DNA of 52,228 nucleotides from Thermoanaerobaculia bacterium (GCA_044226625.1 JBGAGQ010000045.1:1-52228); one strand, 5' to 3'; counted from the first letter of the stretch, positions 25,743-35,801 are shown. Notes: generated by a model from the sequence alone, not told the origin. Translations and numbers: made by a program.

Positions 25743-28136
25743 ATGGTCAAGAAGTCGGTCGTCGCCGTCGCCCTTTTTGCGGCGTCCCAGTTGGCGGTCT
25801 CGGGGCTCTCGGCGTCGGAGCGTGACGATGCCACGGCCCGCGCGCGCGGTTGGGATCAGTGGTACAACGAAAACTACTCGAATCCCCAGCCGCGCAACGA
25901 AGCGCGAGTCAAAGGCAACAAAGTCTTCTCGGCGGCCTACAGCCGCTTCCTCATGGAAGCCGCAGCGCGCGAGCGCGACCGCTGGGGCGCGCTGATCGCG
26001 GGCAATGGCGATGAGGACCGGTTCGTCGATCCGGAGGCCGAGGCCGTCGCGCGGATCGGCTCGACCTGGACCAACATCGGACCGACCAAAGCCAACGTCC
26101 TGCAGAACGGTGGCACGACGTTGAACGTCTCCGATTCCGGCCGAGTGCGGTCGATCGTCATCGACCCGGCGAATCCGTCGGTCATCTATCTCGCCCTGTC
26201 CGGCGGCGGAGTCTGGAAGACGACCGACGGCGGCACCACCTGGGCGCCGAAGACCGAGGCCCTGGGCTCGCTCTCGTCCGGCTCGCTGGCGATGGATCCG
26301 AACAACAGCAGCGTCCTCTACCTCGGTCTGGGCGATCCGTTCGACGGCACCGGAGTCGGCCTGGTCAAGTCGACCGACGGCGGCAACAGCTGGAGCGCGC
26401 CGGTCTTCCTCGGCAGCGCCACCGAAACGCCCAAGGTGATGGTTGCGTCGACCAACAGCAGCGTGGTGCTCGCGGCGACCAACGCCGGGCTCTTCCGTTC
26501 GACGAACGGCGGCCTGAGCTTCAGCAATGTCGCCCTCGCGACCGGACAGGCCGGCGCGCCGTACGTGTGGGATATCGCCTGGGGCGGCGGCAGCAACTTC
26601 GCCATCACCTTGGAGGCGAACCCGACGGTCACCACGGGGACGACCGACGGCCAGGTCTGGTGGACCTCCGACAACGGCGCCACCTGGACCCGGGGCACCG
26701 GGGTCACCAAAGCGGCGGGCGTCGGCCGCATCTCGATCGCCTCGGCCCCTTCGGCGCGCACGACGATGTACGCCATGGCGGCGGTGCCGAACGCGACGTC
26801 TACCTCTGATCTCTCCGACATCTTCAAATCGCTCGACGGCGGCCATACCTGGGCCGCACTCTCCGTCCCCGCGAAGCGCTACACCAAGACGAACACCGAA
26901 TCGCGCACGGTGGGCACTCTGCTCAACGGCCAGGGCTGGTACAACCATCTGACGATCGTCAGCCCGACCGACCCGAACGTGGCCTATTTCGGCGGCGCGC
27001 TCCTGCTCGCAAAGACCAGCAACGGCGGCACCTCGTTCACCCAGATGTCGAACTGGCTCGCGCAATTCTCGCTACCTTACGTCCACGCCGATTTCCACGC
27101 GGGCGCGTTCGACTCGCTCGGCAACCTGTACATCGGCACGGACGGCGGGATCTTCAAATCGACCAACGGCGGCACGACCTGGACCGACGCGCTGAACATC
27201 GGCATCACCACTCACCTGATCTATTCGGTCGGCTCGTCGCTCGCCAACAGCGCGGCGGTCGTCGGCGGATTCCAGGACAACGGCACGCGCGTCCGCTCGG
27301 CCTCGACGACGATCTACGATCAGCGGATCGGCGGCGACGGATTCGGCTCGAACATCCATTCGACCAACGCGTCGTTGATGCTCGGAAGCCTCTACTACGC
27401 CCAGGTGAGGAAGAGCACCAATGGGGGGACCAGCTGGGCCTCCTCGTGCTCGGGCATCACGGAGTGCGGCAACAGCTCGACCGCGCCGTTCAACACGGGG
27501 GTGGTCGCCTGGGCCGGCTCCGCGACCGGGAACGACGTCTACACCTGGTCGAACACCAAGGTCTACAAGTCGACGAACTACGGGGGCTCCTGGTCCGCCC
27601 TGGGCGTGACGGGGTTGCCGACCACCAACTTCTTCGTTCGCGGTGTCGGGGTTGCCTTCAGCAACCAGAACACGATTGGGCTGGTCGCGAGCGGCGGCCG
27701 GGTCTTTTTCTCGACCAACGGCGGGGGAGCCTGGACCCAGGCGACGGCGCCGCCGAACAACGGACTCTCCATGAGCTCGGTCTGGTTCGACACGATCGCA
27801 CCAAGCACCGTCTACGTGTCCTCGGTGGCACCCGACGCGACCAAGAACCATCTCTGGAAATCGACCGACCTCGGCGTGACCTGGACCGCGATCGACGGCG
27901 GCGGTTTTCCGTTCGGCGTGCCGGTCAACAAGATCGTCGCCGACCCCCTGGCGAACCAGACGCTTTATGCGGCCACCCATCTCGGCGTCTACCGCTCGAC
28001 CGACGCCGGAGCGACCTGGGCGAGGTACGGCTCGGGACTGCCTCTGGTCAACGTGACCGACTTCTACATCTCCCCGAACTCGACGCTCGCGCGTATCTCG
28101 ACGTTCGGACGTGGGTTCTGGGATCTGTTGCCTTAA
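25743..28136 (+). CDS. Secreted BNR/Asp-box repeat beta-propeller protein (GH74/VPS10-like)
   Basis: GGAGG SD; signal peptide MVKKSVVAVALFAAS; about 12 S/T-x-D/N-G-G-x-T/S-W boxes; SGRVRSIVIDP, VHADFH, GGFQDNG, GGDGF, TFGRGFW. Confidence 0.85.
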   Translation: MVKKSVVAVALFAASQLAVSGLSASERDDATARARGWDQWYNENYSNPQPRNEARVKGNKVFSAAYSRFLMEAAARERDRWGALIAGNGDEDRFVDPEAEAVARIGSTWTNIGPTKANVLQNGGTTLNVSDSGRVRSIVIDPANPSVIYLALSGGGVWKTTDGGTTWAPKTEALGSLSSGSLAMDPNNSSVLYLGLGDPFDGTGVGLVKSTDGGNSWSAPVFLGSATETPKVMVASTNSSVVLAATNAGLFRSTNGGLSFSNVALATGQAGAPYVWDIAWGGGSNFAITLEANPTVTTGTTDGQVWWTSDNGATWTRGTGVTKAAGVGRISIASAPSARTTMYAMAAVPNATSTSDLSDIFKSLDGGHTWAALSVPAKRYTKTNTESRTVGTLLNGQGWYNHLTIVSPTDPNVAYFGGALLLAKTSNGGTSFTQMSNWLAQFSLPYVHADFHAGAFDSLGNLYIGTDGGIFKSTNGGTTWTDALNIGITTHLIYSVGSSLANSAAVVGGFQDNGTRVRSASTTIYDQRIGGDGFGSNIHSTNASLMLGSLYYAQVRKSTNGGTSWASSCSGITECGNSSTAPFNTGVVAWAGSATGNDVYTWSNTKVYKSTNYGGSWSALGVTGLPTTNFFVRGVGVAFSNQNTIGLVASGGRVFFSTNGGGAWTQATAPPNNGLSMSSVWFDTIAPSTVYVSSVAPDATKNHLWKSTDLGVTWTAIDGGGFPFGVPVNKIVADPLANQTLYAATHLGVYRSTDAGATWARYGSGLPLVNVTDFYISPNSTLARISTFGRGFWDLLP

Positions 28137-28206
28137 CAGGGAACCGAGACCGGCGATCGACCGATCCTCTCGGTTCCTCTTCGGTCGACGAACTGTCTAG
28201 GCTGCG

Positions 28207-28238
28207 AGGGCCCGGCGATGCCGCCGGGCCCTTTTCTT
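28207..28238 (+). terminator. Rho-independent terminator
   Basis: AGGGCCCGGCG-atgc-CGCCGGGCCCT followed by TTTCTT. Confidence 0.8.
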
Positions 28239-28249
28239 CGAGAGGCGGT

Positions 28250-29041
28250 TCAGCCCGGCGTTTCTTCCGGCGTGCGGAGGAGCAGCAGCGCCGCGAGGAT
28301 GAACGTAATTGCGAGGAAGCCGCACAGGCAACCGATCATGAACAGGGGCTGGCCGACCTCCGGACGGAGGCGGATCCCGAGGATGCTGCCCAGGCCGGCG
28401 AGGATGCCGAGGCCGAGTGCAATTTCTAGCGCGCGGGAGGCGCGCGGATGGCCGGCGCGCCAGCGCTGCTCGAGGTGGAGGAGGAGGCCGCCGCCGAGAA
28501 TCGCCGCTCCGCCGTGCACCGAAAGCCAGACGGCGAAGCTCGAGCGCTCCGCGGCGAGTCGGGCCGGCAGGACCGAGAGAACGCCGAAACCGGAGTCGAT
28601 CGCGTATCCGCCGAGCGCCAAGGCGAGCAACAGGAGAGGCCAGCGCTCATGGCGCTCACGGCGCGCGGCGACCGCCGCGAGCCCGGCAGCGCCCAACGCT
28701 TGGACCGCAGCGTAGAGATGGGTGACGAGCCCTCCGGCGTTCAAGCTGAAAAGAGGATCTTCCGGGAGGAGACCGCCGATCGAGGCGACCAGCAGGTCCA
28801 GGAGCAGCAAGGCGCGGATCACCCATCCTGCCGCGCCCGTGGGAAGCGGTGCCCCTGGGCCGCCTCGTCGCGAGCGCGTGAACCATCCGAGCGCGAGCGC
28901 CTGAACGATGGGGATCGCGACCATCGAGAAGACCGCGATCTCCCCGCGGTCGACCCGCCCGAGGACGATCGTCGACAGCGTGGCGGACGCCGCCCAAAAG
29001 GCGCCGAGCAGTGCGAGCCAAAGATAGAGGAGGCGACGCAC
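28250..29041 (-). CDS. Hypothetical multi-pass membrane protein
   Basis: About 8 hydrophobic segments; fills the gap convergent with the terminator. Confidence 0.7.
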   Translation of the reverse strand: MRRLLYLWLALLGAFWAASATLSTIVLGRVDRGEIAVFSMVAIPIVQALALGWFTRSRRGGPGAPLPTGAAGWVIRALLLLDLLVASIGGLLPEDPLFSLNAGGLVTHLYAAVQALGAAGLAAVAARRERHERWPLLLLALALGGYAIDSGFGVLSVLPARLAAERSSFAVWLSVHGGAAILGGGLLLHLEQRWRAGHPRASRALEIALGLGILAGLGSILGIRLRPEVGQPLFMIGCLCGFLAITFILAALLLLRTPEETPG

Positions 29042-29277
29042 GATGACGGCGAGATCTCCCTCGTCAGGCGAGTTTCGATGACTACGGCGCGGTTCGCGGG
29101 CGGGATTCTACGCCGAGAGGTTCACGGCGCGGGCGCGGGCTTTTTCGGCGGTGGGGAGGTCTTGCGGCGGTGCGCCGATGGCCCATCGAGGGCTGCCGAC
29201 GGCTGGTAGACTCCCACTGCCTCGAGCCGGCGGTCAGGTCGGATCGCGGCTCGACGTCTTCCGGAGGTGCATGCCCG

Positions 29278-30018
29278 ATGATCCGATTCGCCCACGTTCT
29301 CCTCCGCTCGGTCTTCACCCTCGGTTTTGCGCTCGTTTTCTCACTTCCTGCGGCCGCTTGGGAGGTTCGTCGGGACGCTTCGTCAGCGGTCTTTCGCGAC
29401 TTCGCGCGGCGCTTCGCCTCGGCCGCGTATGCCTATCCGGGTCACCCGGCCAAGGCGCTCGGCGTCACCGGCTTCGAGGCGTTCGCCGAAGCCTCTTACG
29501 ACGACACTTTCGATCAGCAACCGTTCTTTCCCGGTGCGGTCGACGGGGACCTCGACGGCGGGTTTCTCTCGATCGCGCGCGTAGGGGTGAGGAAGGGGCT
29601 TCCGGGTAAGGTAGACCTTGGCGTCTCGCTCGCCGAGGCGGTGGGTACCGATCTGAAGCTCGCGACCGCCGAGGTCCAGTGGGCCTTCCTCGAAGGGGGA
29701 ACGGTTTCGCCCGCGGCGGCTCTCCGCATCACCGCCACTCGGTCGCAGGGCGGCGGCGCGTTCACCCTGGATCAGGCGGGAGTCGAAGTGCTCGCGAGCA
29801 AGGGCTTTCCGCTGATAACGCCCTACATCGGCGGCGGCGTCATCGCGAGCCGGGCGCGGCTCGACCGGTCGGGGACGCTCTCGGACCTCTCGGAGACCCA
29901 CACTCAGCCGATCGCTTACGCGGGATTGCGCCTCTCCCTCCTGATCCCGAAGATCACCGCCGAGGTCCAACGCGGTGAGACGACCCAGTACGCGCTGCGC
30001 GTGGCGCTCGGATTCTAG
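29278..30018 (+). CDS. Putative outer-membrane beta-barrel protein
   Basis: Signal peptide ending LPAAA-W; amphipathic strands (ARVGVRKGLP, ASKGFPLITPYIGGG); C-terminal YALRVALGF beta-signal. Confidence 0.7.
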   Translation: MIRFAHVLLRSVFTLGFALVFSLPAAAWEVRRDASSAVFRDFARRFASAAYAYPGHPAKALGVTGFEAFAEASYDDTFDQQPFFPGAVDGDLDGGFLSIARVGVRKGLPGKVDLGVSLAEAVGTDLKLATAEVQWAFLEGGTVSPAAALRITATRSQGGGAFTLDQAGVEVLASKGFPLITPYIGGGVIASRARLDRSGTLSDLSETHTQPIAYAGLRLSLLIPKITAEVQRGETTQYALRVALGF

Positions 30019-30031
30019 AAAGGCTTAGAGG

Positions 30032-31090
30032 ATGATCGACCTGCGTTCCGACACCGTGACCCGGCCCGACGCCGCGATGCGCCGGGCGATGGCCGAAGCC
30101 GAGGTGGGCGACGACGTCTGGGGCGAGGACCCGACGGTCGCGCGGCTCGAAGCGGAGGCCGCCGAAACCCTCGGCTTCGAGGCCGCGCTGTTCGTGCCGT
30201 CCGGAACGATGGGCAACCAGATCGCGCTCCACCTCCACACCCGGCCTGGACGCGAGGTGATCTGTGAGGCGACGGCGCACATCTACGAGTTCGAGATGGG
30301 GGCGATGGCGGCGATCTCGGGGCTCGTACCTCGTCGCATCGAGACCTCGGACGGTATCCTCTCCCCCGAGCAGGTGGCGGGCGCGTTTCGGCCGAAAACC
30401 GGGTTCGCCACGCCGACGGGGATGCTCTCGCTCGAAAACACCCACAACGTGGCGGGGGGAACGGTCTACGAACGGCCGCGTCTCGACGCACTGCTCGCCG
30501 AAGCGCGGCGCCTCGGCCTTCCCGTCCATCTGGACGGCGCGCGGATCTTCAACGCCGCCGTGGCGCTCGGCGTTTCCGCCGCGGACCTGGCCCGCGGCTT
30601 CGACTCGGTGATGTTCTGCCTCTCCAAAGGCCTCGGCGCGCCGGTCGGCTCGATCCTTTGCGGCGCGCGCGATTTCGTCGCCGCCGCGGAGAACGTCCGC
30701 AAGATGCTCGGTGGCGGCATGCGCCAGTCGGGGATACTCGCGGCGGCGGGGCTCCTCGCGCTCCACGACGGTCCCGGCCGCCTCGCCAACGACCACGAGA
30801 ACGCGCGGAAGCTGGCCGCCGTGGTGGCCGGGCTTCCGGGTGTCGATCTCGATCTCGCACGTGTGCGGACGAACATCTTGGTGTTTCGGGTGGGGAAGGG
30901 ACCGACGCGGACGCTGGACGATCCGCCGACCGGACCCGCCGCAAGATTCCTCGCCCGATTGAAAGAACGCGGCGTTCTCGCGAGCCAGTTCGGCCCCGAC
31001 AAGGTTCGTTTCGTCACCCATCGCGACGTGTCCGCCGCGGATGTCGACCGAGCGATCGAGGCGCTGCGAGAAATGGCCGAGGAGTCGTAG
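30032..31090 (+). CDS. ltaE: Low-specificity L-threonine aldolase
   Basis: [57 protein letters not shown]. Confidence 0.95.
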   Translation: MIDLRSDTVTRPDAAMRRAMAEAEVGDDVWGEDPTVARLEAEAAETLGFEAALFVPSGTMGNQIALHLHTRPGREVICEATAHIYEFEMGAMAAISGLVPRRIETSDGILSPEQVAGAFRPKTGFATPTGMLSLENTHNVAGGTVYERPRLDALLAEARRLGLPVHLDGARIFNAAVALGVSAADLARGFDSVMFCLSKGLGAPVGSILCGARDFVAAAENVRKMLGGGMRQSGILAAAGLLALHDGPGRLANDHENARKLAAVVAGLPGVDLDLARVRTNILVFRVGKGPTRTLDDPPTGPAARFLARLKERGVLASQFGPDKVRFVTHRDVSAADVDRAIEALREMAEES

Positions 31091-31117
31091 AGGACCGACG
31101 CCTCGACAGTGTTGAGC

Positions 31118-31537
31118 TCAGCCGGCGTTCAGACGGTCCGCCCCCGCCTTGGCGATCTGCCCATCCTCGCTCGCCTGGACGCCGGAGACGCCGATCGCTC
31201 CGATCACGGTTCCTTCGTGAATCAGACGCAAGCCCCCTTCGAGCGGAACCGTGCTCGGCAGGCCGAGGATTACGAGGTGTCCCTGCTTGAGCAGTGCCTC
31301 GTGGTACTGCGTGTCGCGGCGATAGTTCGCCGAATGGACCGCCTTCGCGAGGGCGATCTCGACGCTAGCGTTTGTCGAGCCGTCCATACGGCGGAAATAC
31401 ATCAACCGCCCCGCCTCGTCGACGATCGCAATCGAGACGTTCCAGCCATTCTTCTTCGCCTCCGCCTCGGCGGCGTGCGCGATCTCTTCGGCCGCGGCGA
31501 GGGTGAGGACGGTCTTGGTTGCCAGTGACGTTGCCAT
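31118..31537 (-). CDS. GlcG/HbpS family heme-binding protein
   Basis: VSIAIVDEAG, RMDG, IALAKA, EGG...IGAIGVSG...EDGQIA. Confidence 0.9.
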   Translation of the reverse strand: MATSLATKTVLTLAAAEEIAHAAEAEAKKNGWNVSIAIVDEAGRLMYFRRMDGSTNASVEIALAKAVHSANYRRDTQYHEALLKQGHLVILGLPSTVPLEGGLRLIHEGTVIGAIGVSGVQASEDGQIAKAGADRLNAG

Positions 31538-31556
31538 GGTTCGGGTCCCCTCGCCT

Positions 31557-31949
31557 CTACGGAATTCGCGCGATCAGGTCGATCTCGACAAGGGCGGCTT
31601 TGGGAAGCGCGGCGACCTGGACGGTCGAGCGGGCGGGGCGGTGGTCGCCCATGTGCTCGGCGTAGATCTCGTTGAGCTTGCCGAAGTCGGCGAAGTCCAT
31701 GATGAAGACCGTTGCCTTGAGCACGTCGGAAAAGGAGCAGCCGGCGCTCGCGAGCACCGCCTGAAGATTTTGGAACACGCGCCGGGCTTGGGCCTCGAAC
31801 CCGCCATCCACGAGCGCGCCGGTCGCCGGATCGAGCGCCACCTGCCCGGAGGTGTAGAGAAGCCCTCCGAAGGAGACCGCTTGCGAATAGGGGCCGATCG
31901 CGGCCGGGGCACCGTCGGTGTGGTGGGAGGAAATGTTGCGATCGCTCAT
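31557..31949 (-). CDS. ridA: RidA family enamine/imine deaminase
   Basis: APAAIGPYSQA, YTSGQVALDP, VLKATVF, RPARSTVQVAALPK, VEIDLIA; ATG 31949. Confidence 0.93.
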   Translation of the reverse strand: MSDRNISSHHTDGAPAAIGPYSQAVSFGGLLYTSGQVALDPATGALVDGGFEAQARRVFQNLQAVLASAGCSFSDVLKATVFIMDFADFGKLNEIYAEHMGDHRPARSTVQVAALPKAALVEIDLIARIP

Positions 31950-31957
31950 GGCGGCGG

Positions 31958-32491
31958 TTACTCCTGGATGGAGCCTTCGTAGACCCCGATGTAGGGCAGG
32001 TTTCTGAATCGCTCGGCGTAGTCGAGGCCGTAGCCCACGACGAACAGGTTGTCGATCGGAAAGCCGCAGTAGTCGATCGGCACGTCGACCTTTCGCGCCT
32101 CTCGCTTGTCCAACAGGGTGCAAAGCCGGACGCTCCTGGCGCGGCGGAAGTGGAACAGATCGAGGATCGTCCGAAGGGTGTAGCCGCTGTCGACGATGTC
32201 CTCGATCAGGAGCACGTCCTTGTCGCGGATCGACAGATCGATGTCCTTCTTGATCCGCACCTCGCCGGGGCTCGTGCCGCTGCCGTACGACGAGGTCTGG
32301 AAGAAGTCGATCTCGCAGGGGATGGTCAGCCGCTTGAGCAGCTCGACCATGAAGAAGACCGAACCCTTGAGCACCCCGACGCAGATCAAGCGATCGCTGG
32401 TGGCGAAATCGCGGTCGATCTCGGCGGCCATCTCGGCGATTCGCGCTTCGATCGCCTCCTGGGGGATCAGCACCCGTACGTCTTGTCCCAT
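31958..32491 (-). CDS. hpt: Hypoxanthine phosphoribosyltransferase
   Basis: VGVLKGS, SSYG, VLLIEDIVDSGYTL, LLDK, FVVGYGLDY, RNLPYIG. Confidence 0.96.
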   Translation of the reverse strand: MGQDVRVLIPQEAIEARIAEMAAEIDRDFATSDRLICVGVLKGSVFFMVELLKRLTIPCEIDFFQTSSYGSGTSPGEVRIKKDIDLSIRDKDVLLIEDIVDSGYTLRTILDLFHFRRARSVRLCTLLDKREARKVDVPIDYCGFPIDNLFVVGYGLDYAERFRNLPYIGVYEGSIQE

Positions 32492-32493
32492 CC

Positions 32494-32521
32494 TCGATCT
32501 CCTGAAGTCGATCTCCTGAAG
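32494..32521. repeat. Perfect 14-bp tandem duplication covering the hpt ribosome-binding site
   Basis: TCGATCTCCTGAAG twice (32494-32507, 32508-32521); minus strand has AGGAG in each copy. Confidence 0.85.
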
Positions 32522-32574
32522 TGAAGTAAGATGACCGGGTCTTTCGTCGCACCGGAATCGAACGGAATCCGCAC

Positions 32575-34119
32575 ATGCCCAGCGTGCCAGAGCTCCAACT
32601 CCTCCACCGGCGCTACACCGATCTGTCGAATCGGTTCCGGGCGGCCTGGACGTTCCATCAGTTCTTGCAGGGACTGGCGAAGACCGTCCTCGACCGTCAG
32701 GGTGCCGACCACTCGACCGCCTTCCAAGACCTGTACAACGAGCTCAAAGAGATCTCGCAGGACCTGAACGCGGCCGCTGGCGACGTGCTCAAGATGCGGC
32801 TCGACGCCGTCGACCGGCGGCTTTCCGACCTGATTTCGGCGCTGGAGGCGGAGGATAGCAAAGTCGGCGCGAACTCCCTGCGCCAGTTCTTCAAAAGAGT
32901 CCGCGGCTACGACGAGAAGATCCTCACCCAGCTGGTGAAGTTCTACCTGTTCGCGCCGCGCCGTGACGGCTGGCCGCCCGCGCGGCTGGATAAGGTCGAC
33001 TTCCTGCTCGCGCGCCTGTCGGAGGAGGACGGCGAGGGGCAGCTCGGTCAGGGCCTCCGCCTGCGCGACACCCGCCACCTGCTCGAGATCTTCGACGGCC
33101 TCTGGATGCTCCTGGGCGCTCCGCCGCTCGCCCCCGAGGTGATCGCCTACCGGCGCGACGAGGTGGAATCGCTGCGCGGCGAGATCCAAGCGGTCGAGGG
33201 GCTCGACCAACTCTACGAGCGCGAGGTGATCCAGCGTTTTCGGGAGCTCAAGCACGGGCTCGCCGATTTCTACTTCGAGCCGTCGATCCTGGTCGCCGTC
33301 CAGGCGACCAACCTCGTGCTCCGCGCGCGCATCCAGGAGCTCTACCAGAAGGAAGAGCGCCGTTTCATCTCGGAGTACCAGCGGATTTTCGAGCTCGAGC
33401 GGCAGGTCTCCGGAAACGAGGAGCTCGACCAGGATCTCACCGCGTTCCGCGAGCAGATCGAGCGTTTCGAGCAGCGCATACGGAGCGACGAGTTCAAGCT
33501 CGAGGATCTCGCCCAGATCCGCGAGAGCGTGCGCCACCTCCTACCCCGGCTCGCCGAGGCGGGGGGGAAGGATCCCGCGCGGATCTTCGAGGACACGGGA
33601 GAAATCGAGCGCGCGGCCTCGCCCTCCGCGGTCGCCACACATTTCGAGCTGATCGCCGAGCATTTCAAGCGTCTCGTCGACGCGATCCAAGACCTGCCCC
33701 CGACGATGGGCGCCCGGGAGGCGACCCTCACCCCGGAGGTCTTCCCGCTCCGCTTGGAGCCCCGTGAGGTCCTCTCCTGCCGGCGGGTCTGCGGAGGCGA
33801 TGACGCGGCGGTCTCGATCGAGCGCTTCATCCTCGAGTCCGCCGCGCTCCGCCTGCGGACCAACGAGCAGGCGCAGGAGATCTCCGGCCTGCTCGACGAG
33901 ACCGCGCGCACGGGCGCTTCGCCGATCTTCGATCACGCCCGCGAGACCTGTCGCGTGGCGGACCTGTTCCTTTTCCGCTTCGACCACGAGGTCCACCAAG
34001 CCGTGCTCCGCGCCGACCTCGCCGGAGCGCGAGACCTGGAGCTCCTGCGCATGCGCCTGATGCGCGACTACTCGGGCCTCTGGCTGCTCGCGTACCGGCC
34101 GGAATTTTCGTTGCGGTAG
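32575..34119 (+). CDS. Hypothetical alpha-helical/coiled-coil protein (514 aa)
   Basis: Long ORF with GC3-rich coding pattern; Glu/Leu/Arg-rich; no motif recognised. Confidence 0.8.
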   Translation: MPSVPELQLLHRRYTDLSNRFRAAWTFHQFLQGLAKTVLDRQGADHSTAFQDLYNELKEISQDLNAAAGDVLKMRLDAVDRRLSDLISALEAEDSKVGANSLRQFFKRVRGYDEKILTQLVKFYLFAPRRDGWPPARLDKVDFLLARLSEEDGEGQLGQGLRLRDTRHLLEIFDGLWMLLGAPPLAPEVIAYRRDEVESLRGEIQAVEGLDQLYEREVIQRFRELKHGLADFYFEPSILVAVQATNLVLRARIQELYQKEERRFISEYQRIFELERQVSGNEELDQDLTAFREQIERFEQRIRSDEFKLEDLAQIRESVRHLLPRLAEAGGKDPARIFEDTGEIERAASPSAVATHFELIAEHFKRLVDAIQDLPPTMGAREATLTPEVFPLRLEPREVLSCRRVCGGDDAAVSIERFILESAALRLRTNEQAQEISGLLDETARTGASPIFDHARETCRVADLFLFRFDHEVHQAVLRADLAGARDLELLRMRLMRDYSGLWLLAYRPEFSLR

Positions 34120-34128
34120 ATCGCGGCC

Positions 34129-34779
34129 CTAGGGTTCAGGTTGGCGTTTCGGTCTGGGGAGCTCGAGAGGAGAAGCCGGCTCGCCGAGGGTCCGCTCGAC
34201 CAGCTCGAGCACACGCCGATCGATCTGGTCGAGGGTCCGCCTTAAGGTGCTATCCAGATTGCGGTCCACGGCCGGATCGGCGGTCGGATCTGCGGAAACC
34301 TGAAGCGAGCCCCCAGAATCTCCCATTACGGCAGCGACCTCGGCCGGCACCTTCGGCGCGCCGAGCTCCTGCAGCAGATCGGTCACCTCTCGCTCGATCG
34401 GATGCTCGAAGCGGGTCTTGTCGAAACGGGGGACCAGAACCTCGAAGAAGTTGTCGCGATCGAGATCCATGACGTTAAGGTCGCGGAGGAGATCGCCGAG
34501 CGGCGGTCGTTCGCCCGGGCCTCCCTGCTCGTGGAGATGGCGCTCGAGGTCTCTCCAGCCGTATCCCGCGTTACGAACGATCCGATCGAGCATCTGGCGC
34601 GCTTGAAGGTCAGGCGATTCCGGAGCTCCGTTCGGTCGTTCCGAGGAGGACGAAGGAGCCGGCGGAGTGGGAGCAGGCGTTCCCGCCGATCGAGCGTCGA
34701 TCCCGCGCGGCTCGATCTCGGGGTCGCCGTCTCCGTTCGTGCGCTTCGAGCGGTCCATAGCGAAAAGCCGGTTCGTCAC
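34129..34779 (-). CDS. Hypothetical protein, possible degenerate HTH region
   Basis: GTG start overlaps punA stop (GTGA); disordered N-terminus then RQMLDRIVRNAGYGWRDLERHL...FFEVLVP. Confidence 0.6.
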   Translation of the reverse strand: MTNRLFAMDRSKRTNGDGDPEIEPRGIDARSAGTPAPTPPAPSSSSERPNGAPESPDLQARQMLDRIVRNAGYGWRDLERHLHEQGGPGERPPLGDLLRDLNVMDLDRDNFFEVLVPRFDKTRFEHPIEREVTDLLQELGAPKVPAEVAAVMGDSGGSLQVSADPTADPAVDRNLDSTLRRTLDQIDRRVLELVERTLGEPASPLELPRPKRQPEP

Positions 34780-35624
34780 TCCTCGAGGCCGGGGTCTTCG
34801 AGCAGGGCCTCGAGCAACCGCGCGAGCTTCACGGCTGCGTCCCGACCGGCCGCGAGGACCTCCTGGTGGTCGACCGGACCCTCGGTCAGGCCGGCGCCGG
34901 GATTCGTGACCAGCGAGATGCCGAGGCAGCGCATCCCCATGTGGCGGGCTGCGATCACTTCGAGGACGGTCGACATGCCGGCGACGTCACCGCCGAGCTG
35001 GTGGAAGGCGCGAACCTCGGCGGGGGTTTCGTAGCTCGGTCCCGAAAGTCCGAGATAGGTCCCTTCGCCGATGTGAATACCGAGGGAGCGGCCGGTCTCC
35101 TGGGTGCGGAGGCGGAGGGCCCGATCGTAGGCATCGGTCATGTCCGGAAAACGGGGGCCCCATTCCGGCGGCAGATCGCCGCGTAGCGGGCTCATCCCCA
35201 TCAGGTTGATCTGGTCGTGGAGCGCCAGCAGGTCGCCCGCGCGTAGGGCGGGGTTCAGCCCGCCGGTCGCGTTGGAGAGGATCAGCACCCGTGCGCCGAG
35301 CAGGCGGCCGAGGCGGATCGGAAAGACTACCTCGTGTGCGGAATAGCCCTGGTAGCTGTGCAGCCGGCCGCGGTAGTAGAGGACCGGACGATCGGGAAGC
35401 GGGGTGAAGATCTCGACGGAATGTGGGTGCCCTTCGACCGCGTGAACTTCGAAGGGAAGGAGGTCCCGCAACGGAACGGGGCCGTAAGTCGGGGAATCGA
35501 GGTCGACGGCCAGACCCGAGCCGGAGACCACGATGACCGCCGGCCGCAGCCAGCCGCGGAGATCCCAATCGCGGACGGCGGCTTCCAGCTCGTCGCGATA
35601 GTCGTAGGTATCGGATGTGGACAT
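34776..35624 (-). CDS. punA: Purine nucleoside phosphorylase (trimeric PunA/XapA type)
   Basis: SGSGL, VEGH, GRLHSYQGY, SNATGGLN, GPRFPDMT, GPSYETPAE, GMSTVLE, SLVTN. Confidence 0.93.
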   Translation of the reverse strand: MSTSDTYDYRDELEAAVRDWDLRGWLRPAVIVVSGSGLAVDLDSPTYGPVPLRDLLPFEVHAVEGHPHSVEIFTPLPDRPVLYYRGRLHSYQGYSAHEVVFPIRLGRLLGARVLILSNATGGLNPALRAGDLLALHDQINLMGMSPLRGDLPPEWGPRFPDMTDAYDRALRLRTQETGRSLGIHIGEGTYLGLSGPSYETPAEVRAFHQLGGDVAGMSTVLEVIAARHMGMRCLGISLVTNPGAGLTEGPVDHQEVLAAGRDAAVKLARLLEALLEDPGLEE

Positions 35625-35801
35625 GCCTCATCGTAACTCAGGCCGGCGCGCTTCGACGTGCGCCAGGGGATCGCGCCCTGTCCCTTCCAGAGGCTCCAGC
35701 GCACCTACTCAAATAGGAATCTGTAGATTCTTGCGGCGGCCGTTCGTACCGCTGGTCTTCGCGCGCTCGAGCGCGGAGATCCTTTGAAATGGAGGAGCCC
35801 C

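Noticed and set aside
23195-35624. guaB, hpt, punA, ridA and ltaE as a novel system
   Set aside because: Ordinary housekeeping genes, dispersed and in different transcription units.
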